A stretch of DNA of 64,000 nucleotides from Dehalococcoidia bacterium (GTDB lineage Bacteria; Chloroflexota; Dehalococcoidia; Lucifugimonadales; UBA3495): positions 868 to 64,867 of the forward strand of contig JAKUQE010000014.1 in the NCBI GenBank assembly GCA_022450395.1, written 5' to 3'. The notes beneath the pieces are model-generated. The model ran no database searches. It saw nothing but the letters and a program-made list of their open reading frames with translations, and was not told the origin of the DNA. A program made the position numbers and the translations under genes. The stretch's first letter is position 1; each line of letters opens with the position of its first letter. Positions 1-8,828 of this stretch are shown one piece after another.

Positions 1-258
1 CCCCGGGGACTGGTGGTGGCGGCTAGGGATGGCAAGATCAGTTTGCTGGACACTTCATTGACAGACATGGGGTTGCAACGGTCGCGAAATCCCCTTTCCC
101 TCAGGGGAGACCCTGAGATTCTTGCCCCTCTGTCAGCTCTGGATGAGTCCGTGTTCGTGGCAGCGGAAGATAACACCGTCCGGCGGATAGAAGTCAGAGC
201 GGGTCTGGCGCCTATGTGGTGTTTTGATACAGAATCTGAGAACGGTCAATGCAGCTAA
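1..258 (+). CDS. 3' end of a gene whose 5' end lies outside the window; possibly a PQQ-like/beta-propeller repeat protein
   Basis: Open frame from the window edge to a stop at 256-258. The ...DGKISLLD...VFVAAEDNTVRRIE... pattern weakly resembles beta-propeller repeats. Confidence 0.3.
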   Translation, partial: PRGLVVAARDGKISLLDTSLTDMGLQRSRNPLSLRGDPEILAPLSALDESVFVAAEDNTVRRIEVRAGLAPMWCFDTESENGQCS

Positions 259-309
259 CCCGGCGACTGCCCGTCAACCGGGCATTCAACCGGCGTCAAG
301 GGTAGGGCT

Positions 310-1239
310 TTGGAATTCGTCGTAATCCTCTGGAACGAAGTTATCATCCGGCCCATGCTCAACACCTTGTTGGTGTTTTACGTGATCAGTTTCCAGCACA
401 TGGGAATTGCCATCATTCTCTTTACCGTATTAGTCAGGGCGGCCACCATGCCCTTGACTCTGAAGCAGATCAGGCAGATGCGGGTAATGAGCACCCTGCA
501 GCCCAAGATGAAGGAAATTCAGGCGCGTTACAGCGGGGACCGGTCCCGTGTTTCCCAGGAAACCATGCGTCTGTATCGAGAGGCCGGGGTCAACCCCATA
601 GGCTGCCTGGGGCCTCTGGTAGTTCAGATGCCCATTCTGATCGGTTTGTTCCGGGTATTGATACAGACGCTGTTCTCCAAGCCGGGAGACCTGATCGGAC
701 TTTCGGAGAAATTGTATAACTGGATCCCGGTGTTCCCGATATACGCGGTAGTCCCTCTGAACGCCAGTTTCCTGGGCATATTAGACCTGGCCGAGCCGGA
801 CCCAACCCGGGTGATAATTCCGGCATTGGTGTTTGTTTCCACTTGGGTGCAGCAGAAATTAACGGTCAGCCCGTCCACCGATCCAAAGCAGCAGTCAAAC
901 CAGACGATGATGCTCTGGATGATGCCGATAATGATCGCTTTCTTTTCCCTGCAATTTCCCAGCGGCTTGTCGATGTACTGGATAGTATCAAACGTCATCG
1001 GTGTCGCCGTGCAATACTTAGTAACACCCAAGGGTCAGCTTCCTCCGCTATTCCCGCTATTCCCCAAGCCGGAGGCGCCCCCGCCTTCGGCACGCGCGGC
1101 GGAAGCTGATCCTCAGAAGGAGACGCGAGAAAATGGAAGTACGCGTAATGACGGCACGAACCGTCGAAGAAGCAATAGAACTAGCGCTGAAAGAGCTAGA
1201 CGCCGACCGAGACGAGGCCGAGGTAGAAATACTAAGTAG
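310..1239 (+). CDS. yidC: Membrane protein insertase YidC (short, Oxa1-like form) with a highly basic C-terminal tail
   Basis: Translation contains MPLTLKQIRQMRVMSTLQPKMKEIQARYSGD...MRLYREAGVNPIGCLGPLVVQMPILIGLF and multiple TM segments. The Arg-rich tail RRRSNRTSAERARRRPRRGRGRNTK fits YidC. TTG start. Confidence 0.85.
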   Translation: MEFVVILWNEVIIRPMLNTLLVFYVISFQHMGIAIILFTVLVRAATMPLTLKQIRQMRVMSTLQPKMKEIQARYSGDRSRVSQETMRLYREAGVNPIGCLGPLVVQMPILIGLFRVLIQTLFSKPGDLIGLSEKLYNWIPVFPIYAVVPLNASFLGILDLAEPDPTRVIIPALVFVSTWVQQKLTVSPSTDPKQQSNQTMMLWMMPIMIAFFSLQFPSGLSMYWIVSNVIGVAVQYLVTPKGQLPPLFPLFPKPEAPPPSARAAEADPQKETRENGSTRNDGTNRRRSNRTSAERARRRPRRGRGRNTK

Positions 1240-1789
1240 GGGCAAGTCGGGATTTCTCGGCATTGGCGGCGAACCGGCCCGGGTTCGTGTCACCAAAATA
1301 GCCACAAGCGAGGGAGGCTCAGCCGGCGCTGCCGCCGTCGCTTCTGAGACAGTAGGCCGGATCTTGCAGGCTGCCCAGGTCAACGTCACCCGGACGGTCC
1401 GGGCCGCCAACGACCCCGAAACCGGCGGCCCCATAATCGACCTGGAAGGCGAAGATTCGGGTCTGTTGATTGGCCGCCGCGGCCAAACCCTGCAAGCCCT
1501 ACAGTTCCTGGTCAACTTGATCGTGCGCAATCAGTATGGCGAGGGAGTTCGGGTGGTCTTGGACGTGGAGCGTTATCGCCAACGGCGGGAAACTTCCTTG
1601 CGGGACATGGCTACTAAAGTGGCCTCCAGAGTAGTTCAAAGCAACCGGCCCGTAGCATTGGAGCCGATGTCACCCGCCGACCGGCGCATCGTCCACACTG
1701 CTTTGACGGACTACTCCGGCGTTATCACCGAGAGCACGGGGATGGGCGACGACCGGAAGGTAAACATCATACCCAAACCGAACGAGTAG
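1133..1789 (+). CDS. jag: Jag/KhpB RNA-binding protein (Jag-N, KH and R3H domains)
   Basis: N-terminus MEVRVMTARTVEEAIELALKEL and C-terminal R3H-like LEPMSPADRRIVHTAL. AAGGAG lies about 10 nt upstream of ATG 1133. yidC-jag is the canonical gene order. Confidence 0.8.
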   Translation: MEVRVMTARTVEEAIELALKELDADRDEAEVEILSRGKSGFLGIGGEPARVRVTKIATSEGGSAGAAAVASETVGRILQAAQVNVTRTVRAANDPETGGPIIDLEGEDSGLLIGRRGQTLQALQFLVNLIVRNQYGEGVRVVLDVERYRQRRETSLRDMATKVASRVVQSNRPVALEPMSPADRRIVHTALTDYSGVITESTGMGDDRKVNIIPKPNE

Positions 1790-1865
1790 GAAATCCGATT
1801 CACAGAAGTTTAGGTGGGGAGGGGACAGAGTTGACCTTAAACCAAAAGAAACCTAGAATTACCCT

Positions 1866-3332
1866 GTGAATAGCGAGTTTGAGTCTCCCAGGCTCAACGA
1901 CCCCTTGGACACCCCCAATGAAGAATGTGGGGTAGTCGGGGTATACGCTCCAGGCGCCGAAGCTAGCCGCCTGGCCTTCTTCGGCTTATTCGCCCTACAG
2001 CACCGCGGCCAGGAGAGTGCTGGAATCGCAGCATCCAACGGCGAGACCCTCAACGTCCACGCCGAAATGGGCCTGGTCACTCAGATATTCCGCGAGCCGG
2101 ATTTTTATCCTCTTGCCGGCGAACGGGCGATCGGCCACACCCGCTACTCCACCACTGGAAGCAGCCTCCTTTGCAACGCCCAGCCCATGATCGTCGAAGG
2201 GTATCAAGGCCGGTTGGCCTTGGCGAACAACGGCAACATCATCAACTGTGCCCAGTTACAAACCCAACTGAAGAAGGACTGGAACTGTACCTTCGAATCC
2301 ACTACGGATACCGAAGTTATGGCCTACATGCTGGCTAACGCTTCCGGGGCCGACTGGGAAGAGCGGCTGTTTTATTGCATGCGCCAATTGGAGGGTGCGT
2401 ATTCCTTGGTCGCCCTTACCGAGGACACGTTGATGGCCGCCCGGGATCCTTTGGGTATCCGTCCGTTATGCATAGGCAAGCTGGACGGCGGCTGGATAAT
2501 TGCGTCTGAGAGTTGCGCCCTTGACCACCTGGGCGCCACTTACATGAGAGAGTTGGAGCCCGGAGAGGTTGTCATAATCGACCCGCAGGGTTTTCGCTCT
2601 TCCGTATGGTCCGGCGCCACCGGCCGCCGCGCCCTTTGCGTGTTTGAGCTTATCTATTTTGCCCGGCCCGACAGCCTGTTGGACAATAAACTTGTCCACT
2701 CGGTAAGGCAAGAACTGGGCGCCCAATTGGCCCGAGAGCATCCGGTGGAGGCCGACCTGGTTATTGGTATCCCGGACTCGTCAACCGCGGCGGCGATTGG
2801 CTACGCCAGGGAGTCTGGTATTCCGTTCAGTGAAGGCTTGGTAAAGAACCGCTACGTCGGCCGGACGTTTATCGAACCTGAACAGCGGATGCGAGACCTG
2901 GGCGTGAGGCAAAAATTCAATCCCCTGACCGAGGTGATCGCCGGCCAGAGGATCGTCGTGGTTGATGACAGCATCGTCCGCGGCACCACCACACCCCATG
3001 TCGTCGGGCTTCTGCGCAAGGCCGGGGCCGCCGAGATTCATATGCGGGTATGCGCTCCGCCGATAAAGCACCCCTGTTTCATGGGAGTGGACATGGCCAC
3101 CCGTCAGGAATTGATCGCGGCCAACCAGACCGTGGACGAGATACGCAAATTTATCGACGCCGACACTCTAGGCTACCTGGACGTCAAAGGACTGATGAAA
3201 GTGGTCGGCGGCACCGATGGTGGGTTCTGCGACGCCTGCTTCACCGGTAACTATCCGGTGCCAGTTCAACTTGAGTTGACCAAACTGGTCTTGGAGGAGC
3301 CGCCGGCGGAGCTTGAGCTCCTCTCCGATTAA
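1866..3332 (+). CDS. purF: Amidophosphoribosyltransferase
   Basis: Propeptide followed by the catalytic CGVVGV. PRPP-binding VVVDDSIVRGTT and C-terminal Cys ligands are present. GTG start. Confidence 0.95.
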   Translation: MNSEFESPRLNDPLDTPNEECGVVGVYAPGAEASRLAFFGLFALQHRGQESAGIAASNGETLNVHAEMGLVTQIFREPDFYPLAGERAIGHTRYSTTGSSLLCNAQPMIVEGYQGRLALANNGNIINCAQLQTQLKKDWNCTFESTTDTEVMAYMLANASGADWEERLFYCMRQLEGAYSLVALTEDTLMAARDPLGIRPLCIGKLDGGWIIASESCALDHLGATYMRELEPGEVVIIDPQGFRSSVWSGATGRRALCVFELIYFARPDSLLDNKLVHSVRQELGAQLAREHPVEADLVIGIPDSSTAAAIGYARESGIPFSEGLVKNRYVGRTFIEPEQRMRDLGVRQKFNPLTEVIAGQRIVVVDDSIVRGTTTPHVVGLLRKAGAAEIHMRVCAPPIKHPCFMGVDMATRQELIAANQTVDEIRKFIDADTLGYLDVKGLMKVVGGTDGGFCDACFTGNYPVPVQLELTKLVLEEPPAELELLSD

Positions 3333-3500
3333 CGCCCACTCGGGGCATTCAATCTCCGAGCGTCTCATCCCATATGGCGGTTGTCCCGAAACCGGACCCA
3401 GCATAGACTCCCTCTTGCCATGCGCGTCCGGCTGCTTTAACCTTTTACTGCGGGGCGGCAGTCCCACCCAACGTGGACGGCCCAGGGGAGGAGTAGCCAG

Positions 3501-4523
3501 TTGACCAGTCAGGCTTACCGCTCGTCCGGCGTGAATCTGGATGAGATGGACGCCCTGAAAGAACGGATAAAGGCCTTTGCCTCGGCGACTCATGGACCCG
3601 AAGTCCTAAACCCCGAGGGTGGATTCGCCGGCCTGTTCCGACTCAGGGGATTTCGACAACCCGTGTTGGTGGCCAGCACCGACGGCGTGGGGACGAAGAT
3701 CAAGATCGCCGCTCAAATGGGGCACTACGAGTCCATAGGCCAGGACCTGGTCACCCTCAACGTCAACGATATTTTGGCCCGTGGGGCCAAACCCCTCTTT
3801 TTCCTGGACTACATCTCCTTTACCACCCTGGACGAGCAAGTGATGGATACTTTGCTTCGCGGCATCGTGTGGGGTTGCCGCGAGGTGGGATGCGCCCTGA
3901 TCGGCGGAGAAACCGCCCAGATGCCCGGACCGGACGGGTCGGACCATTTGGAGTTGGTGGGGTTTGTCGTCGGCGCCGCGGAGCCGGACGGGTTGATAGA
4001 CGGGTCCAACATCCAGCCCGGCGACTGTTTGGTCGGCTTCCCTTCCAGCGGCTTACATACCAACGGTTTCTCGTTGGTGCGTAGTGTATTCGACATTGAT
4101 GACAACCCGTCGGTCCTTTTCCTCCGGTTTGATGAGTTGCGGCACACCCTGGGTGAGGAACTGCTGATCCGGCACCGTTGTTATCATCCGATGCTGGAGC
4201 CGGTGCTAAAATCGTTCAAAGGCTTGGCCCACATTACCGGAGGGGGACTACCAGGTAAAATGCCGGCCATCCTACCCGAACATTTGGCGGCCGAATTCCG
4301 CCCGGAGACCTGGACCGCCCCGCCCATATTCGGGATTATCCAAAGAGAAGGGAATATAAGCACAGACGAGATGTACCGGGTGTTTAACATGGGGCTAGGG
4401 ATGGTGGCCGTCTGCGCCGAGGACGCCCTTGAGGCGATCACCGATAAGATACCCGACGCCCGCGTGGTGGGCCGCATCATCAAGAGAGACGACGGTCCCC
4501 AGGTGGCCATACTCGATGGCTAG
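3501..4523 (+). CDS. purM: Phosphoribosylformylglycinamidine cyclo-ligase (AIR synthetase)
   Basis: YRSSGVNLDEMDALKERIK...VASTDGVGTKIKIA...DYISF motifs. TTG start preceded by GGGGAGGAG. Confidence 0.95.
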   Translation: MTSQAYRSSGVNLDEMDALKERIKAFASATHGPEVLNPEGGFAGLFRLRGFRQPVLVASTDGVGTKIKIAAQMGHYESIGQDLVTLNVNDILARGAKPLFFLDYISFTTLDEQVMDTLLRGIVWGCREVGCALIGGETAQMPGPDGSDHLELVGFVVGAAEPDGLIDGSNIQPGDCLVGFPSSGLHTNGFSLVRSVFDIDDNPSVLFLRFDELRHTLGEELLIRHRCYHPMLEPVLKSFKGLAHITGGGLPGKMPAILPEHLAAEFRPETWTAPPIFGIIQREGNISTDEMYRVFNMGLGMVAVCAEDALEAITDKIPDARVVGRIIKRDDGPQVAILDG

Positions 4524-4629
4524 ACCAGGCATCCCGGTCTGGGCAACTGTTCAAAAAGTCAAACGGGCCAACGGTCAGGGTGTATACCACCCCCCTGTAG
4601 GGTGGAATCGAAGTGAGGCGGTCAAGCGG

Positions 4630-6162
4630 GTGAAAGCGCTCCTTAGCGTCTACGACAAGACTGGCATCGTCGAGTTTGCCCGGAGTCTGGCGGGCGCGGG
4701 ATTCGAGCTGATCAGCACCGGAGGAACCCACCAAACCCTTGCTCAAGAAGGAGGTCTGTCCGTACGGCAGGTCTCGGAGGTAACCGGCTCACCCGAGATT
4801 CTCGACGGCCGGGTCAAGACGCTGCATCCGGTGATCCACGGCGCCATACTGGCCCGCAGGGATGTAGCGGGTCACATGGCGGAGCTTGCCGAACACGGTA
4901 TCGGCCTCATCGACCTGGTGGTCGTCAACTTATACCCCTTCCAAGCCACCATACGCAAGCCCGGCGTCACCCTGGACGATGCTCTGGAAAACATCGATAT
5001 CGGTGGGCCGACGATGCTGCGGGCCGCCGCCAAGAACTTCCCATCCGTGACCGTAGTTGTCGACCCTTCGGACTACTCTTGGGTGGCTGAAAAGCTGGCG
5101 GCGGACGGTCTAAGCCACGAGGAACGCCGGGCATTGGCGGCTAAGGCATTCCGCCACGTTTCTACGTACGATGCCGCGGTCACCGGCTATCTTGATGTGT
5201 CATCGGGAGATACGGCCGGCTTGCCGGACACATTAACCATATCGCTGAACAAGACTGCCTCCCTGCGCTACGGCGAGAACCCCCACCAAGAGGGCGCCCT
5301 CTACGTGCCGGCGAACAGCGGGGCCGGAGGGATCGCCCATGCCCAGCAGCTACACGGCCGGGAGCTTTCCTACAACAACCTGATGGATGCCGATGCCGCC
5401 TGGCGCACCGTTTCCGACTTTGCCGAAACCACCGTGGCCGTCATCAAACATACCAATCCTTGCGGTTTGGCCAGCCATCAGGACCAAGCCGAAGCATACG
5501 AGCGGGCCTACCAGGGTGATTCGGTCTCGGCTTTTGGGGGCATCGTCGGGTATAACCGGACAGTCACCGCCCAAGCCGCGCGGGCGATGGATCCGATTTT
5601 CTACGAAGTCGTAGTCGCTCCCGATTACGAGCCAGAGGCCTTGGATATATTGAAGAAAAAACGTAATCTGCGCATCCTGGCGGTGGGACCGAACACCGGT
5701 GGGCTAGACTACGATCTGCGTCCCATCACCGGTGGAGTGCTAGTCCAGGCGCCAGACGCCCTGGACGAAGACCCAGCCACTTGGAAGATTGCCACCGACC
5801 GCCCTCCGACGGACGCGGAGATGCGGGACCTGGCGTTCGCTTGGAAGGCCGCAAAGCATATCAAGTCAAACGCCATCGTGTTCGCCAAGGATCTGACCCT
5901 AGTGGGCATGGGGGCAGGCCAGCCCAACCGCGTGGTCAGCGTCCACCTGTCGGGGCGTGCGGCCGGGGATAAGGCCGCCGGCAGCGTCCTGGCGTCGGAC
6001 GCCTTCTTTCCCTTTCCGGACAACATCGAACTTGCGGCGCAGGCCGGAGTCACCGCCATAGTCCAACCCGGCGGCTCGATCCGTGATGCCGAGGTCATAG
6101 ACGAAGCCAACAAGCACAAGCTGGCGATGGTGTTTACGGGCGTACGCCACTTCCGGCACTAG
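4630..6162 (+). CDS. purH: Bifunctional AICAR transformylase / IMP cyclohydrolase
   Basis: VKALLSVYDKTGIVEFARSL...GGTHQTL...VVVNLYPF...GGSIRD motifs. I prefer GTG 4630 (GAGG upstream, normal PurH length) over ATG 4516 or the track start 4429. Confidence 0.9.
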   Translation: MKALLSVYDKTGIVEFARSLAGAGFELISTGGTHQTLAQEGGLSVRQVSEVTGSPEILDGRVKTLHPVIHGAILARRDVAGHMAELAEHGIGLIDLVVVNLYPFQATIRKPGVTLDDALENIDIGGPTMLRAAAKNFPSVTVVVDPSDYSWVAEKLAADGLSHEERRALAAKAFRHVSTYDAAVTGYLDVSSGDTAGLPDTLTISLNKTASLRYGENPHQEGALYVPANSGAGGIAHAQQLHGRELSYNNLMDADAAWRTVSDFAETTVAVIKHTNPCGLASHQDQAEAYERAYQGDSVSAFGGIVGYNRTVTAQAARAMDPIFYEVVVAPDYEPEALDILKKKRNLRILAVGPNTGGLDYDLRPITGGVLVQAPDALDEDPATWKIATDRPPTDAEMRDLAFAWKAAKHIKSNAIVFAKDLTLVGMGAGQPNRVVSVHLSGRAAGDKAAGSVLASDAFFPFPDNIELAAQAGVTAIVQPGGSIRDAEVIDEANKHKLAMVFTGVRHFRH

Positions 6163-6248
6163 ACGCAACACCCTCGCAAAAATACCCTTCAACGGGGTTT
6201 AGCTGAGATAGGTAATCGATACGGGATAAATCAAGGCGGGGATTGGAT

Positions 6249-6989
6249 ATGCCTTTGACCATCGACATTGTGGTACCCGTCTACAACGAGGAGCGGGCTC
6301 TCCCTCGCAGCATCCTCATCCTAACGGACTACCTTAAGTCCAACGTCATCAACCCTTGGCAGATAATCATCGCCGACAACGCGTCTACCGACAGCACGCG
6401 CTCGGTTTCGGAGCTATTGTGCGAGAGGTATCCTGGAGTAAATTACCTTTACCTGCCCCAAAAAGGCCGGGGCCGGGCACTGAAAGCCGCTTGGATGGAA
6501 AGCACCGCCGACATAGTTAGCTACATGGACGTGGACCTTTCCACCGACTTGGTCCACCTTCCCCAGTTGATTGATTCCATCGAATCAGGGGCACACATCG
6601 CCATCGGCAGCCGGTTGAGCAAGGATTCAAAAGTCACCCGGTCCTTCCGCCGGGAGTTCATCTCCCGCACTTACAACTTGATGATCAAGTCCATGTTTTT
6701 TACCGGATTCCCCGACGCCCAGTGCGGGTTCAAGGCAATGACTAGGGAAACCGCCAGGACGCTGCTACCGAGTATCAAAAACAACAACTGGTTCTTTGAC
6801 ACAGAATTACTGATAATCGCCGCCAAGGGCGGTTTCCAGATCAGCTCCTTGCCGGTCAAATGGGACGACGACCCGGACAGTACCGTAAACGTCGCCGGGA
6901 CCGCTACCGAAGATATCAAAGGACTCCTTCGCCTCCGCTTCGGCGGCGTTCCCAAGGTCTCCCCGCCGGCCAGTCCCAGTCGCCGGTAG
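6249..6989 (+). CDS. Family 2 glycosyltransferase (polyprenol-phosphate sugar transferase-like)
   Basis: IVVPVYNEE...IIIADNASTDST...YMDVDLSTD (DxD) motifs. ATG 6249 lies in frame, just after TTG 6243. Confidence 0.8.
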   Translation: MPLTIDIVVPVYNEERALPRSILILTDYLKSNVINPWQIIIADNASTDSTRSVSELLCERYPGVNYLYLPQKGRGRALKAAWMESTADIVSYMDVDLSTDLVHLPQLIDSIESGAHIAIGSRLSKDSKVTRSFRREFISRTYNLMIKSMFFTGFPDAQCGFKAMTRETARTLLPSIKNNNWFFDTELLIIAAKGGFQISSLPVKWDDDPDSTVNVAGTATEDIKGLLRLRFGGVPKVSPPASPSRR

Positions 6990-7296
6990 GCGGAGAATTG
7001 GATCTGTCTACGGTCCCAGGACGACGTAACAGACGCACCGCAGATTCTCCCCCAGATCTCTCCTAGCAGATGGTGACGCCCGTCGCCGGATAAGCCAACA
7101 CTCCGATATCACAGCAAACGATCCAAGCAGAAACAACGGTGCCATCTGGCGCGGGAGCGCCGTCTAACGAAACGGTCCCGCCGAATACCTCAGGCCGTGG
7201 GGGCTAGTAGTGTTCCCTGGAACCCAGGCATAGACATGGAGGGCTCCATGCCGCCGAGCTCCAAGGTAATATTTCGCGAACGGTCTTGCAGACTAC

Positions 7297-7968
7297 TCAT
7301 CCATGATGGCGGTTGACCAAACCACTGACTGGTCCCATTACCCGGAGGGCGAACCACCTAGAAAAAGCTTCGCCACGCATCTCTGCGAGTGCGATCAACG
7401 GCAAAGTCAGCACTCCCAAGATCAACAAGATCATCCGCAAACGCCGGGGCCTGTATTCCAACAGTACCTTGTGGTCCCCTGGAGGCAACTGGACTCCGAT
7501 AAAACTGGGCATCAGCATAACGGTGTCCGTCTCTACCCCATCTACGGTGGCCCGCCAGTTTGGATGATAGGTGACTTTCAGCATCAGCAAGCTATCGCGT
7601 TCCACGCTGACGTCAGCCTCAAAGGAATTACTGCCAACTTCCTCGGAAAGGACTGTGCCCCGAGATGGGCCTACTGAGACTTCGGCCTTAGAGATCACCC
7701 CCACCGCGGAAGAAAGTGGCATCGGGCGCTCATTTGTTCCGGAAGCGCTGCCCATTAACACTGTTGGGTGCTGCCTAACGCCCGGTAACCCACTGGCCAG
7801 CCAGCTGGATGCCGCGGGATAGAAGTCTATCCTTCCTCCGCCAAAGGTCAGGTCTGAGCTGACCAGGTCGAAGTAGCCAGTTGTCTCCACTTGATACAAG
7901 TTATGGCGACCGAACTGCTGGAGGGGCTTTACGAAATCTGGGAATCTTTGGCCTTCCGGCGCCACCAC
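7297..7968 (-). pseudogene. 5'-truncated remnant (C-terminal ~220 aa only) of a large YfhO-like membrane protein
   Basis: Translation ends with LMLKVTYHPNWRATVDGVETD...PPGDHKVLLEYRPRRLRMILLILGVLTLPLIAL, which is typical of the C-terminus of proteins several-fold longer. No upstream coding continuation. Confidence 0.55.
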
Positions 7969-7982
7969 GTACCGCGCATTGA

Positions 7983-8689
7983 AAAGGAAGCAACATCACC
8001 ATCGCCGATCTGTCGCCGAGTCAGGGCGAGGTAGTTGCCGGAGAGGTGGCGCAGATGAACACAGGGAGCAAGGTCAAGGTGATCGCCTGTGACGTCACCG
8101 ACCCCAAACAAGTCGACGATATGGTCGCACGATCCATCGCCGAGTTCGGTAGCGTGGATGTTCTCGTGAATAACGTGGGTTGGACCGTGGACCGGCTGTT
8201 CATGGAAAAACCCCGGGAAGAGTGGGAAAAGGAGGTCAAAGTCAATCTTTGGGGGCCATCAACTGCATCCACGGCGTACTACCGTCCATGATAGAGCGCC
8301 AATCCGGCGCCATCGTCAGCATCAGCTCCGACGCCGGACGAATGGGCGAATATCGGGAAGCAGTGTATTCCGCCTGTTAAGCCGGAGTGATCGCGCTAAG
8401 CAAGTCGATAGCCAGGGAAACAGGGCGCTACGGGTTGAGGCTGAACATGGTGTGCCCCGGACTGGTGGTGCCCGGCGAGGACGGGTCCATCAGCACCGAG
8501 AGCATGTGGAATCAGATGAGGGACATTTTCACCGAAGATGTATTGGAGCGGGTGAAACGGGGTTACCTCTTCCGCCGTTTGGCCAAGGGCAGCGAGATCG
8601 CCAACGCGGTGGTGTTTCTATCCTCCGACGCCGCCAGTTTCATCACCGGCCAGACCCTCAGCGTTAGCGCCGGCTACACCATGATGTAG
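7983..8689 (+). pseudogene. Degraded short-chain dehydrogenase/reductase, with N-terminal truncation, a 1-nt frameshift and a nonsense codon
   Basis: The frame opens after TGA 7980-7982 at ...NITIADLSP..., so the TGxxxGxG loop is missing. LVNNVG and VNLWG are followed by a frame change at the G5 run 8251-8255. YSAC-TAA(8378-8380)-AGVIALSK sits where the YxxxK lysine is expected. The C-terminal FITGQTLSVSAGYTMM is intact. Confidence 0.8.
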
Positions 8690-8728
8690 CCAAAGATTGC
8701 CGATCCACAAAACTTAGTCAAGAAAAGT

Positions 8729-8757
8729 AAACGGCCCCGATGATATCGGGGCCGTTT
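8729..8757. terminator. Bidirectional intrinsic terminator hairpin between convergent genes
   Basis: Perfect 13-bp stem AAACGGCCCCGAT / ATCGGGGCCGTTT with a 3-nt loop. It is flanked by an A-run upstream and TTT downstream. Confidence 0.6.
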
Positions 8758-8828
8758 AGCATGGCCATTGGCGCTTCGCGGGTTGCTACCCGTCAGGGCG
8801 GCGTACCGCTGATCCCAGAATAGTCGTC

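Noticed and set aside
4429-4629. N-terminal extension of purH overlapping the purM 3' end
   Set aside because: PurH homology begins at VKALLSVYDKTG. The extension is Trp/Arg/Pro-rich and overlaps purM coding sequence, so GTG 4630 (or at most ATG 4516) is more plausible.
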